Assembly (NCBI GenBank): GCA_963706445.1 | Contig: OY970160.1 | Coordinates: forward strand, 1,152,001 to 1,216,000 | Origin: an uncultured Nitrososphaerales archaeon | GTDB lineage: Archaea > Thermoproteota > Nitrososphaeria > Nitrososphaerales > Gagatemarchaeaceae | DNA: 64,000 nucleotides | Direction of reading: 5' to 3' | In this document: piece after piece, positions 38,736 through 47,686 of the stretch | Layout of the letters: each line of letters opens with the position of its first letter | How positions within the stretch are numbered: the stretch's first letter is position 1 | The notes under the pieces: generated by a model | What the model was told of the DNA's origin: nothing | Databases searched by the model: none | The model's input: only the letters and a program-made list of their open reading frames with translations | Made by a program: the position numbers and the translations under genes

Positions 38736-39781
38736 GCTATCTTCTTCCTCTCACTCAGGTAGTTGCCCAAGAGAATCCCGACCATCATGACGCCTTCCAT
38801 GGCGAACACCACGACGGAGTTTACATTGGTCGCGACCGCCATTGACTGGGCGCCGAAGGTTATGTAGGCGAAGAAGAACGCGGCGACTCCTATCCCCAGC
38901 ATGTGCTTCCTGCCCACTAGCGCGACGATGATGGCGAGCAATCCATAGTTGGTAGAGAACGAGCCGATGTCGAGTTCGTATCGGTAGCCCATCATGTAGG
39001 TGGCGCCGGCGAGCCCAGCGAGCGCTCCCGCGGTGAGCATGGTGATTGTCATGACGCGGGGGATGCTTATCCCCGCATATCTGGCGGTCTCAGAGCTCTC
39101 CCCGACGGTATTTGCCTTGATCCTGAAGGGCGTGCGCTCGACCAAGAAATAGAGGATGATCCCAATGGCGATCGTTGCCGGAACAGCATAGGTGATTGGA
39201 ATGCTTGAAATGATGTTCGGGATCTGGAACCTGGCCGGCAGCTCCGTAGTGATGGGGAAGCCGAGGGCAGTTCCGGGACTCTTGATGGGTCCGCTGAGCA
39301 TGTAAAAGCCGAAATTGATCGCCACCACGTTCAGAAGGATGGTGACGACTATCTCATTCGCCCCGAATTTCACTCTGAGCAGTGTCGGGACCGCGATCCA
39401 GAGGAGTCCACCGAGCGCGGCACCCAAGATCATGGCAACGTAGAGGAGAGGCCACGGCATGAACCCGAGGTAAAGGTAAACGACGAACACCATCACCATA
39501 CCGGCCAGGAACTGGCCCTGTGCGCCTATGTTCCAAAGGCCCGCCTTCAGCGCAAGGCCTACTCCCAGGGCCATGGTGTAGAACATCACAAAGAGAACGA
39601 AGACCTGTTGAATCCCGCTCGAGCTCGTGATTGGATCGAGAAAAAGGGAGGACAGGGCGACTCCGATGTTGCCGCCGGCGTACACGACCACCGCGAGCCC
39701 GGCGATTAGGCCGAGCCCGACGGCAAGGACGTTATACGCCGTCGCCCGTAGCCATCGAAGGCCCTGCGTGTCCGTTCGCAC
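38732..39781 (-). CDS. Nucleoside ABC transporter permease
   Basis: GLWNIGAQGQ, ANEIVVTILLN, ARYAGI, GALAGLAG. Confidence 0.88.
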   Translation of the reverse strand: MRTDTQGLRWLRATAYNVLAVGLGLIAGLAVVVYAGGNIGVALSSLFLDPITSSSGIQQVFVLFVMFYTMALGVGLALKAGLWNIGAQGQFLAGMVMVFVVYLYLGFMPWPLLYVAMILGAALGGLLWIAVPTLLRVKFGANEIVVTILLNVVAINFGFYMLSGPIKSPGTALGFPITTELPARFQIPNIISSIPITYAVPATIAIGIILYFLVERTPFRIKANTVGESSETARYAGISIPRVMTITMLTAGALAGLAGATYMMGYRYELDIGSFSTNYGLLAIIVALVGRKHMLGIGVAAFFFAYITFGAQSMAVATNVNSVVVFAMEGVMMVGILLGNYLSERKKIA

Positions 39782-39784
39782 CCT

Positions 39785-41062
39785 TTATGGTAGACTCGAA
39801 GCTGGTGGTAGATAGTTGAACTGGGCTGCCATGTTTCCGGTCGGCGCTCCGCCGCCGGCTGGCACCGTTAGAGTACTGTCTGCGCAAGTGGAGGCAGTTG
39901 GATTGAGGAAGCAGTTTGGAGATCCGCCTGATGTTGAAGCGAATGTTATTTGGATTTGTCCTTCCACGATCTCGCTCTGCAATAGAAGGCCTGCAGCCTT
40001 CACGTTAGCTGGGAGGTTAGGCCCTGGCTGCACCGTGATCAGGCCCGAGGCCATGTCGACCTTGGTGTAGCCCCAGTGCCAGTTGTTGTTGACGTATTGC
40101 TCCATCGCCTTGAAGAGTGGCGTGTAGTAGTCCACGACTATCGAGCCCAGCAGGATCTTGTTGTCCGCTGGAAGGATAGCTGTGAGGTTTGTGTACACGT
40201 TGGACGCCCAAACTTGTGGCGTAGAGGGTTGGGCCAGAGCTGCGCCCAGGACACCCACGTCGACGCCGTCCCCAGAGGAGAAGACGATGTCGGCACCAGA
40301 CGTGTAGTCGTTGGTCGCCGTAGCTTGGGCTCCTGATACGTCAGCCCAAGCGAACGCCTCGAATGTGTTGGTGAAGCACGTGCCAGCGCAGGCTGGGAAC
40401 GTGTATGTGAGACCAGCGATGAACCCTTCGTGGCCTTCCCAGATCGATGGAATGTCTCCGCCGCCTACGAGCCCGAACTTGTGAGTCTGGCTGACCATGC
40501 CTGCCATGGCGCCGAGGACGAATCCTCCGCCGCTAAGGTCCAGCCAAATCCTGTAGACGTTCGAGTAGTTGGCGACTGTGCAATCGACGCAGACTGACAT
40601 TATGTTTGGATGCTGAGCAGCGAATGTGTTGGCTTCTGCTTGATACTGGCCACCCTGGAAGATGACGATGTTGTAGCCCGAGGACGCCCATTGCTGGGCT
40701 GGCACGTCAGCGTCAGTACCAGATGCTTGGTTCTCTGAAACGCTTAGCGTGAATCCGAACTCGGCCTTCAGCTTGTTTATGGCGTCAAACGCGTTGTAGT
40801 TCCAGGAGTTGTCTGCGGGTGTGAGTGGCAGGATTATTCCGATCTTTAGCCCCCCAATGGCGCTCGCCACACCGGTCCCCGTCGCTGTTTCCGTTGTCGT
40901 AACAGTCGACGTCCCCGCGACAGCGGTGGAAGTGACTGTACTAGTCGTTGCCGAAGATGGCGGATATGCGAAAGCGTAGCCTGCGACGGCAGCTAGGATG
41001 ATGACGATGATGATGAGTGCACCTACGAGTGCTTGGATACCGTTTCTTTTCGTTCCTTTCAT
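39785..41062 (-). CDS. BMP family ABC substrate-binding protein (nucleoside/nucleobase)
   Basis: N-terminal TM anchor plus Thr-rich linker; DNSWN, GFVLGAMAG, GLVGG, GADIVF; co-transcribed with the permeases. Confidence 0.8.
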   Translation of the reverse strand: MKGTKRNGIQALVGALIIIVIILAAVAGYAFAYPPSSATTSTVTSTAVAGTSTVTTTETATGTGVASAIGGLKIGIILPLTPADNSWNYNAFDAINKLKAEFGFTLSVSENQASGTDADVPAQQWASSGYNIVIFQGGQYQAEANTFAAQHPNIMSVCVDCTVANYSNVYRIWLDLSGGGFVLGAMAGMVSQTHKFGLVGGGDIPSIWEGHEGFIAGLTYTFPACAGTCFTNTFEAFAWADVSGAQATATNDYTSGADIVFSSGDGVDVGVLGAALAQPSTPQVWASNVYTNLTAILPADNKILLGSIVVDYYTPLFKAMEQYVNNNWHWGYTKVDMASGLITVQPGPNLPANVKAAGLLLQSEIVEGQIQITFASTSGGSPNCFLNPTASTCADSTLTVPAGGGAPTGNMAAQFNYLPPASSLP

Positions 41063-41122
41063 CGATGCAAAATGCTCTAGAGCATATTTAAGGGAGATTG
41101 CTTAGTGGTTAGGTAAGCCCAA

Positions 41123-41560
41123 TCAGCTGAGTTTTGCCTTTACGCAATCGAAGAGCTGGTTCACTATCTTCTTGATATTGCCCTCGACGAGTGGCTTCGC
41201 CAGACTCCCCAGTGGGCCGTTGATGTTTATGTTCGAGTCCCAGGTCAAATCTGTCTCCGCTTCTGCCTGGGCTAGGCTGATGTTGACCGCCGCACTGAAG
41301 CCGCTCCCTGCCCCGGAACCTGAGAGCTCCAGCGCCGCTGTATGGCTGTTCTTGTCTTCCTTGACCACCTTGGTGGTGGTCTGGAAGGTGCCCCGGATGA
41401 ATCCGATGGAGACCTTGACCGCAGCCGTGATCCGCTTGTTCTCACCGATGGTGTACTGCTGGACCCCGGGGACGCATTCAATCACCTTGGCGGGGTCGGA
41501 GACATAGTCCCAAACCTTGTCGATGTTGCTGGGTATCCTGAACTTCCCCTGGAGAAGCAT
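41123..41560 (-). CDS. coxG: CoxG/SRPBCC family protein
   Basis: VWDYVSDP..VIECVPG, G.L.SL, F.CVK. Confidence 0.8.
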   Translation of the reverse strand: MLLQGKFRIPSNIDKVWDYVSDPAKVIECVPGVQQYTIGENKRITAAVKVSIGFIRGTFQTTTKVVKEDKNSHTAALELSGSGAGSGFSAAVNISLAQAEAETDLTWDSNININGPLGSLAKPLVEGNIKKIVNQLFDCVKAKLS

Positions 41561-41668
41561 GGTGAAACCACCCCCTGGGGCGACTTAAGGCTTCGTCGGC
41601 CAAGAAGTGCGAATTCCCAAAGCGATTAGGGACATGAGATATAGCGACTCGCTGAATGTATACGTCCC

Positions 41669-42571
41669 ATGAAAGCGAACCCTCTCGCCGGTTTCCTGGA
41701 GTCCATTGAGCTTCGGATGATCAAGCCATCAAAGAAAGCACTCAGGTCAGAAACAGGTCCCATATCGGGGCTCATGATGTCGATACAGGACAAGGGCCTG
41801 CTCGAGCCGATCATAGTACGGCCGGCCGCGGACGGCTTCGAAGTCGTCGCCGGGATGAGGAGATACGAAGCATGCAAGAAGCTGGGTTGGCGCAGGGTGC
41901 CCGTCCATGTGGTCGAGCTCGACGACAGGGAGGCCTTTGAAGTCTCCCTGCTTGAGAACATCCAGCGCGAGACTCTGAACCCCATAGAGGAGGCCAGGGC
42001 GTTCAGGAATTACGTCGAGGAGTTCGGCTACGGTGGAGAGACGGAGCTCGCCCGGCGAATAGGCAAGAGCCAGGAATACGTCAGCAGGAGGATAGGGCTA
42101 CTTTCGCTGCCGCAACGGGTCCAGGACCAGATTATGCGGCGCCGCATACCTCCTAGCGTGGCCCAGGAGTTGACCCTCCTGGACGACGACTACGCCGAGA
42201 AGTTGGCTGACGAGATAGGCGACCGCGGGCTTTCGATGAGGGAAGTGAGGCACATCATTCGACGGAGACAGTCCAAGGAGATGGGGGCCAAGGCAATTGA
42301 GGCGCGGTTCTTTGAGACCGACCCCGATGGCCTGGAACGGAGGGTCAAGAGGATGTCGAGAGAACTGAACATAGCCGCTGCCTCTCTTGGAGGGGCGGTG
42401 GTAAGGCTCGGGGAAGTCGCCGAAGGGCTCGAGGATGAATGGCTTGTCCGAGAGGCGATATTCGTCTGCCGGGACAACATCAGCCAGCAGATCGACAACC
42501 TGACCAGGCTCAGACGGAAGATAGAAAGGGACGAGGAGACAAACTCGGGAAGGCTTTCCCTGCTAAGTTGA
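41669..42571 (+). CDS. ParB/Spo0J-like protein
   Basis: SIQDKGLLEPIIVRP, VAGMRRYEA, LLENIQRETLNPIEEA, then an HTH (ELARRIGKSQEYVS). Confidence 0.85.
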   Translation: MKANPLAGFLESIELRMIKPSKKALRSETGPISGLMMSIQDKGLLEPIIVRPAADGFEVVAGMRRYEACKKLGWRRVPVHVVELDDREAFEVSLLENIQRETLNPIEEARAFRNYVEEFGYGGETELARRIGKSQEYVSRRIGLLSLPQRVQDQIMRRRIPPSVAQELTLLDDDYAEKLADEIGDRGLSMREVRHIIRRRQSKEMGAKAIEARFFETDPDGLERRVKRMSRELNIAAASLGGAVVRLGEVAEGLEDEWLVREAIFVCRDNISQQIDNLTRLRRKIERDEETNSGRLSLLS

Positions 42572-42643
42572 AGTGCTCACCGTCAGGCCAGACCGATGGG
42601 GAGTGCGACACGCTTATAGCGAAACTCCCTTGTTCGAAGAACC

Positions 42644-43372
42644 ATGTCATCTGAATGGTCTCCGCCTGAGAAGGTAACACTCAACGAAGTGAAAATAAAC
42701 GTCGAAGACATCGAACCCATACTTCGCGGCTTCGAATCTCCGCTCCTGAAAATCGAGTACCCGCCCGGTTACGTCAACCTCCCGACAGGGGAGAAGATGG
42801 TGATTCGTAGGGCGAAAAAGGAAGAGGCCCCAGTCGTGATGCAGACGGCGATGAAGCTCTTCAACCACGACACGGACTTCTTCGACCTCGTCTCCTCGAG
42901 GGTATACGCCGAGTTCCTCGGGTGGTACAGGTCGAGGATGAAGGACCACGTGGCTCTGCTCGGGATCATCAACGGAGAGCTCGCAGCCATCGGGAACTAC
43001 CGGCTCTGGGACAACGACGTCGCCATCAGCCTCCACACCCTGACCTTCAAGCGAAGGGCCGGGATCGGGGCGACGATGTACGCGGCGAAGGCCGAATACG
43101 CCTTCGACCTCATGAATTCGAAGGAATGGTGGGCCACGTATGAGAGCTACACCGGTTTCAGGTACTGGGGGATCAAGTACGCCCAGTATCAGAAGCCGTA
43201 CCCTCAGATGCAGCATGAGCTGGGAGGCTCCAGGATATTCTTCACGACCAAGGAGGACTGGGACAGGTTCGTGAAGCCTATGCTGAGGGACAGGCTACCA
43301 ATCAGGCCGGCCCCGCCGGACCTACTCAAGACGGCGGAGAAGGTCGTGCCGCCCAAGGAAGTAGAAGTGTAG
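42644..43372 (+). CDS. Uncharacterised GNAT-fold-like protein, paralog 2
   Basis: Full-length similarity to 32304-33044 (YAE, VAISLHTL, EWWATYES, MQHELGGSRIF). Confidence 0.6.
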   Translation: MSSEWSPPEKVTLNEVKINVEDIEPILRGFESPLLKIEYPPGYVNLPTGEKMVIRRAKKEEAPVVMQTAMKLFNHDTDFFDLVSSRVYAEFLGWYRSRMKDHVALLGIINGELAAIGNYRLWDNDVAISLHTLTFKRRAGIGATMYAAKAEYAFDLMNSKEWWATYESYTGFRYWGIKYAQYQKPYPQMQHELGGSRIFFTTKEDWDRFVKPMLRDRLPIRPAPPDLLKTAEKVVPPKEVEV

Positions 43373-43440
43373 GACCCGCCAGTGATGGCGGGCTCTGGCA
43401 TTGCTGATGTTTTTTATACCCTAGAGGGCTCGCTGGAACC

Positions 43441-44241
43441 ATGAAACTGTACGACCTGTCGCAACCCCTTAACCAAGAGACGCCGTTCTGGCCACTGTAC
43501 CCGCCATTCGAGGTGAAGTTCATCAAGAGAAAAGCAGAGCAGGGAGTCAACGCCCAGTACATCATGACGTCGAACCACATGGGCACCCACCTGGACGCTC
43601 CCCTCCACTTCGTGACGAACGGCAAGACCATCGACCAGATCCCTCTGACCTGGCTCTACGGGCCGGGCATTATCGTCGACGTCAGCGAAGTGGGAGACCT
43701 CGGAATCTATACTAAGGAAATCGTGGAGAGGAACGCAAAGGCAGCCGGAGGAGTGAAGGACGGGGACATCCTGATACTCTACACGGGCTGGAGCAAGTAT
43801 GCCTGGTATCAGCCTCCCAAGCCGAACGGGACGGCCGACGAGGAGAGGTACATCCACATGCACCCAGGGCCGACGAAGGCCTTCTGCGACTACCTCCTTG
43901 AGAAGAAGATTCACGTCTGGGGCGTGGACGCGGTTTCCACGGATCACCCCATGAACCTACCAATCGGAAGGTTCCTCCCGAGGGTCAGCACCAAGGTGAG
44001 GGCCGCCGCAGAGAAGAAGTTCGGCAAGGAGAACATCGACACCCTCTTCCCTGATTCCGACTATCAGGTGACCCACAACGTCCTGTTCCCCCGGGATTGC
44101 ATCCACATCGAGAATATTGGGGGCCAGATCGAAGAGGTACTCGGCGGAAAGAAGGCGTTCAGGACCACCATTGGGTGCTTCCCGTGGCTCTTCAAGGGCG
44201 GGGAAGCAGCCTTCGCAAGGACCGTCGCCTTCGTAGAATAA
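43441..44241 (+). CDS. Cyclase family metal-dependent amidohydrolase (kynurenine formamidase/isatin hydrolase fold)
   Basis: DLSQP, HMGTHLDAPLH, GDILILYTGW, GVDAVSTDHP, HIEN; TTTTTATA at about 43411. Confidence 0.88.
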   Translation: MKLYDLSQPLNQETPFWPLYPPFEVKFIKRKAEQGVNAQYIMTSNHMGTHLDAPLHFVTNGKTIDQIPLTWLYGPGIIVDVSEVGDLGIYTKEIVERNAKAAGGVKDGDILILYTGWSKYAWYQPPKPNGTADEERYIHMHPGPTKAFCDYLLEKKIHVWGVDAVSTDHPMNLPIGRFLPRVSTKVRAAAEKKFGKENIDTLFPDSDYQVTHNVLFPRDCIHIENIGGQIEEVLGGKKAFRTTIGCFPWLFKGGEAAFARTVAFVE

Positions 44242-44264
44242 GGGGAGGGAGACAGACGCTCGGC

Positions 44265-45611
44265 ATGGAAACCCCTTCGGTGGGCTGGCTACTCAGCCTG
44301 GTGGACGATGGGAAGCTGACAGACGTCGATGGTTCGCAAATGGTCCTAACGGCGCCCCTTTCGGCGGAGACAATCGCCCGAGACGACGGACTGCTCGCGG
44401 GCATTGCAAGGATAGGGGGGGTGGAGACGGCTGTCTTCGCCCAAGAGCCTACCTACAAGGGGGGCTCCATGGGGTTGAGCCACACCAAGAGGCTTGAGCG
44501 CCTCGTGTCCGTGGCGGCTGCTGAGAAGCTCCCCATCATTGGCTTCTACGATTCTGGAGGGGTGAGGGTCCAGGAGGGGGGCCACTCCCTCGAGGAGGCG
44601 AGCGCCCTGGTCGGCCAGCTGATCAAGGCGAGGGAAGTAGTACCGGTCGTCAGCGCCATCATGGGGACGGTGAGCGGCGCGGCCGCCTATTCGGCGTACA
44701 TGGGAGACGCCATCGTCATGATCAAAGGGAAAAGCAGCCTCTTCGTCTGGGGGCCGGGCGTCGCCAAAGCCGAGACCCAAGAGGAGATTGGGACCGAGGA
44801 GCTGGGAGGGTGGCAGGTGCACCAAGGGAACGGGACGGCTTCCCACATCGTCGAGGACGAGAAGGAGTGCCTGCAAGTGGTCGTGCGTTTGCTTTCGTAC
44901 TACGGAGGGAAGGGAGGGGCGAACCGTTCGCCGATGCCCGACCAGCCCCGCACCCTGAAACCCATTGAAGATGCCTTCGACCCCGGGTCCTTCCTGGAAT
45001 TCAGGGGCCAATACGCACCTAGCGTGGTCACCGGGCTGGCGCTATTGGAAGGGAAGACGTTCGGAGTCGTCGCCTCCAACCATGAGGTCATGAGAGGCTT
45101 CCTTGATGTTGATGCGTGCCGTAAGATCACTCGGCTCGCCTCCATGTGCAACACGCTCAGGATCCCAATGGTCACTTTCCTCGACAGTCCCGGAGTGTAT
45201 CCTGGCCCCGAGCAGGAGAAGGCCGGGCTCATCAGGGCGAGCGGGGAGGCGATCAAAGAGTACGCTTCGAGCGGATGCCCCAAGGTGACGGTGATCACAG
45301 GCGAGGCCTATGGCGGTGCGTTCGTGGGTTTCGCGAGCAAGGCGCTTGGGTCGAAGAAGGTCTACGCCTACGCGACGGCCCGGATCTCGGTCCTGAGCCT
45401 ACCGGCGTATTCGGAGATATTTCTTAGGAGGAAGCTAGACGCAATGAAGGAGGACGAGAGAAAGGTCGAGCAGGACAAGGCGTCTGCGGCCTTCATCAAG
45501 CAGATGGACCCGACCATCGGGGTGAGCCAGGGGTACGTCGACGAAGTGATAGACCCCTCGCAGACAAGAGAGAAACTCATCGAAGCGTTCAGAGGAGCCG
45601 GAGTACTCTAG
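44265..45611 (+). CDS. Acyl-CoA carboxylase/decarboxylase carboxyltransferase subunit
   Basis: GGSMG, DSGGVRVQEG, GAAAYS, EELGG, DSPGVYPG..QE, GEAYGGA. Confidence 0.8.
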   Translation: METPSVGWLLSLVDDGKLTDVDGSQMVLTAPLSAETIARDDGLLAGIARIGGVETAVFAQEPTYKGGSMGLSHTKRLERLVSVAAAEKLPIIGFYDSGGVRVQEGGHSLEEASALVGQLIKAREVVPVVSAIMGTVSGAAAYSAYMGDAIVMIKGKSSLFVWGPGVAKAETQEEIGTEELGGWQVHQGNGTASHIVEDEKECLQVVVRLLSYYGGKGGANRSPMPDQPRTLKPIEDAFDPGSFLEFRGQYAPSVVTGLALLEGKTFGVVASNHEVMRGFLDVDACRKITRLASMCNTLRIPMVTFLDSPGVYPGPEQEKAGLIRASGEAIKEYASSGCPKVTVITGEAYGGAFVGFASKALGSKKVYAYATARISVLSLPAYSEIFLRRKLDAMKEDERKVEQDKASAAFIKQMDPTIGVSQGYVDEVIDPSQTREKLIEAFRGAGVL

Positions 45612-45612
45612 G

Positions 45613-46017
45613 CTATTCCCCGGTCAGCTGAGTCAGCTCTACCAGGACCCCGCCCGTGGATTTCGGGTGCATGAAATTCACCTTGCTCCCGAACTTGCCG
45701 TCGGCGGCCTTTTCGTAGATGAACCTGAATCCCTTCGCCTTCAGTTCCTCCGTGGTCTTTTCGATGTCGTCGACTTCGAAGGCGATGTGGTGGAGGCCTT
45801 CCCCCCGCTCGCGGATGAACTTGGCAAGGCTGCTGTCCTCACTGGTTGGCTCGAGGAACTCGACGCTGGTGTCCCCCGCCTTCAGCAGGGCAATCTTCGC
45901 CTTCTGGCCCGCGACCTCGGTTTGCCTTATCTCGAAGGTCCCAATCTGATTGTAGATCGCCAGCATCTGGTCAACGCTCTTGACGGCGACACCGACGTGG
46001 TCGAACTTCATTCCCAT
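45613..46017 (-). CDS. mce: Methylmalonyl-CoA epimerase
   Basis: DHVGVAV, EFLEP, GEGLHHIAFEV, FMHPKSTGGVLVEL; adjacent to the mutase. Confidence 0.88.
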   Translation of the reverse strand: MGMKFDHVGVAVKSVDQMLAIYNQIGTFEIRQTEVAGQKAKIALLKAGDTSVEFLEPTSEDSSLAKFIRERGEGLHHIAFEVDDIEKTTEELKAKGFRFIYEKAADGKFGSKVNFMHPKSTGGVLVELTQLTGE

Positions 46018-46019
46018 GG

Positions 46020-47609
46020 CTAGAACGCCTGCCTCGCCTTGTAGGCCCCGTGTATTTCTCTTAGCGTGTCGCTGATCTCTCCGACGGTGCAACCGGCCTT
46101 GACCGCTGCCGAGATCGAGGGGAGCATGTTTTCGCGACGCTGGGCGGCGCTCCTCAGAAGCTCGAGCTTCTCGGCCACTTTGCTCTGATTTCTTTTCTTC
46201 TTGAGCGCTTTGACCCTCCTGGCCCTTTCGACCTGGATTCTCTCCGGGAGGACCTGGACCTTCCTCTTCGACGGGGCATTTGGCTTGTAGGCGTTGACCC
46301 CGACGATGATCCTTCGTTTGGTCTCTACGGCCATCTGCTTTTCGTAGGCAGAGTTGAGAATCTCCTTCTTGACATAGCCGCTCTCAATCGCCTTCAGCAT
46401 CCCGCCCATCTTCTCGACCCGCTCGATCTCCTCGAAGGCGAGACGTTCGAGGGTGTCCGTCAGGTACTCGAGATAGTACGAGCCTCCAAGAGGGTCGGCA
46501 GTCAGCGTCACACCGGACTCGCTGGCTATGACTTGTTGCGTCCTCAGCGCAAGCTTAGCCGACTCCTCTGACGGGAGCGAAAGCGCTTCGTCCATCGAAT
46601 TGGTGTGCAGGGACTGAGTGCCACCCAGGACGGCGGCTAGGGCCTGGATGGTCACCCTGACTGCGTTGTTCTCGGGGTCCTGGGCGGTCAAGGTCTCCCC
46701 GGCCGTTTGGGTGTGGAACTTCAGCTTCGCCGACTCGTCGTCCTTTGCGCCGAACTTTTCCTTCATGATACGCGCCCAGATCCTCCGGGCGGCCCTGAAC
46801 TTCGCCACCTCTTCCATGAAGTCGTTGTTGCATGCGAAGAAGAATGAGAAGTGGGGTGCGAATTGTTCCAGACTGAGGCCCCTCTGGAGGGCGGCGTTGG
46901 TGTATGTTATGGCGTCGGAGAAGGTGTAGGCGAGCTCCTGGACGGCTGTCGAGCCAGCCTCCCTGATGTGGTACCCGCTTATGCTGATGGGGTGCCACTT
47001 CGGGTAATTCTTGACCGAGTATTCGACCAGGTCTATGGCCAGCGAGAGGGAGGGCTCGGGAGGAAAGATGTAGGTATTCCTGGCTATGAATTCCTTGAGC
47101 ACGTCGTTCTGCACCGTCCCCCTGACTTCGCTCCTGGGAACCCCAGTTTTTTCTGCCACGGCTGCGTACATGGAAAAGAGGATGGGAGCCGTGGAATTGA
47201 TCGTCATGGAAGTGCTCACTTTGCCGAGGTCGATCCCGCGGAAGATCTCCTGCACGTCATCGATTATGCTCACGGCGACCCCCACCCTCCCGATCTCCCC
47301 CATGGCGCGAGAGTTGTCGGAGTCTAGTCCAAGCTGAGTCGGAAGGTCGAAGGCCAGGCTCAGCCCGGTCTGCCCCTGGTTCAGCATGAACTTCAGTCTC
47401 TTGTTGGTGTCCGCTGACGTCCCGAAACCGGAGTATTCCCTCATGGTCCAAAGCCTCTTCCTGTACATCTCAGGGTAGATCCCCCGAGTGTAGGGATACT
47501 TCCCCGGCTCCTCCTCGAGCCTGGACGACGCCTCGCCGGAATACACCCTGCCCACATCAATGCCCGAAAGGGTCCTCGGGTTGCTCCGATCCGCCTCATT
47601 AGAGGCCAA
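46020..47609 (-). CDS. Methylmalonyl-CoA mutase, substrate-binding (large) subunit
   Basis: PGKYPYTRG, WTMREYSGF (Tyr), QNDVLKEFIAR (Arg), ISISGYHIREAG, GGTQSLHTN. No B12-binding domain. Confidence 0.9.
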   Translation of the reverse strand: MASNEADRSNPRTLSGIDVGRVYSGEASSRLEEEPGKYPYTRGIYPEMYRKRLWTMREYSGFGTSADTNKRLKFMLNQGQTGLSLAFDLPTQLGLDSDNSRAMGEIGRVGVAVSIIDDVQEIFRGIDLGKVSTSMTINSTAPILFSMYAAVAEKTGVPRSEVRGTVQNDVLKEFIARNTYIFPPEPSLSLAIDLVEYSVKNYPKWHPISISGYHIREAGSTAVQELAYTFSDAITYTNAALQRGLSLEQFAPHFSFFFACNNDFMEEVAKFRAARRIWARIMKEKFGAKDDESAKLKFHTQTAGETLTAQDPENNAVRVTIQALAAVLGGTQSLHTNSMDEALSLPSEESAKLALRTQQVIASESGVTLTADPLGGSYYLEYLTDTLERLAFEEIERVEKMGGMLKAIESGYVKKEILNSAYEKQMAVETKRRIIVGVNAYKPNAPSKRKVQVLPERIQVERARRVKALKKKRNQSKVAEKLELLRSAAQRRENMLPSISAAVKAGCTVGEISDTLREIHGAYKARQAF

Positions 47610-47686
47610 GGTGAGAACTCAATTCCCCCGAAGGCTTGTTAAAGATAATCGCTTAGGCCTGGTGCATCGCTAAATGGAAAGGACTT

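Noticed and set aside
46020-47609. Isobutyryl-CoA or 2-hydroxyisobutyryl-CoA mutase, or a 3HP/4HB carbon-fixation locus
   Set aside because: Specificity residues are Tyr and Arg (methylmalonyl type), and no other cycle-specific enzymes are in the window.
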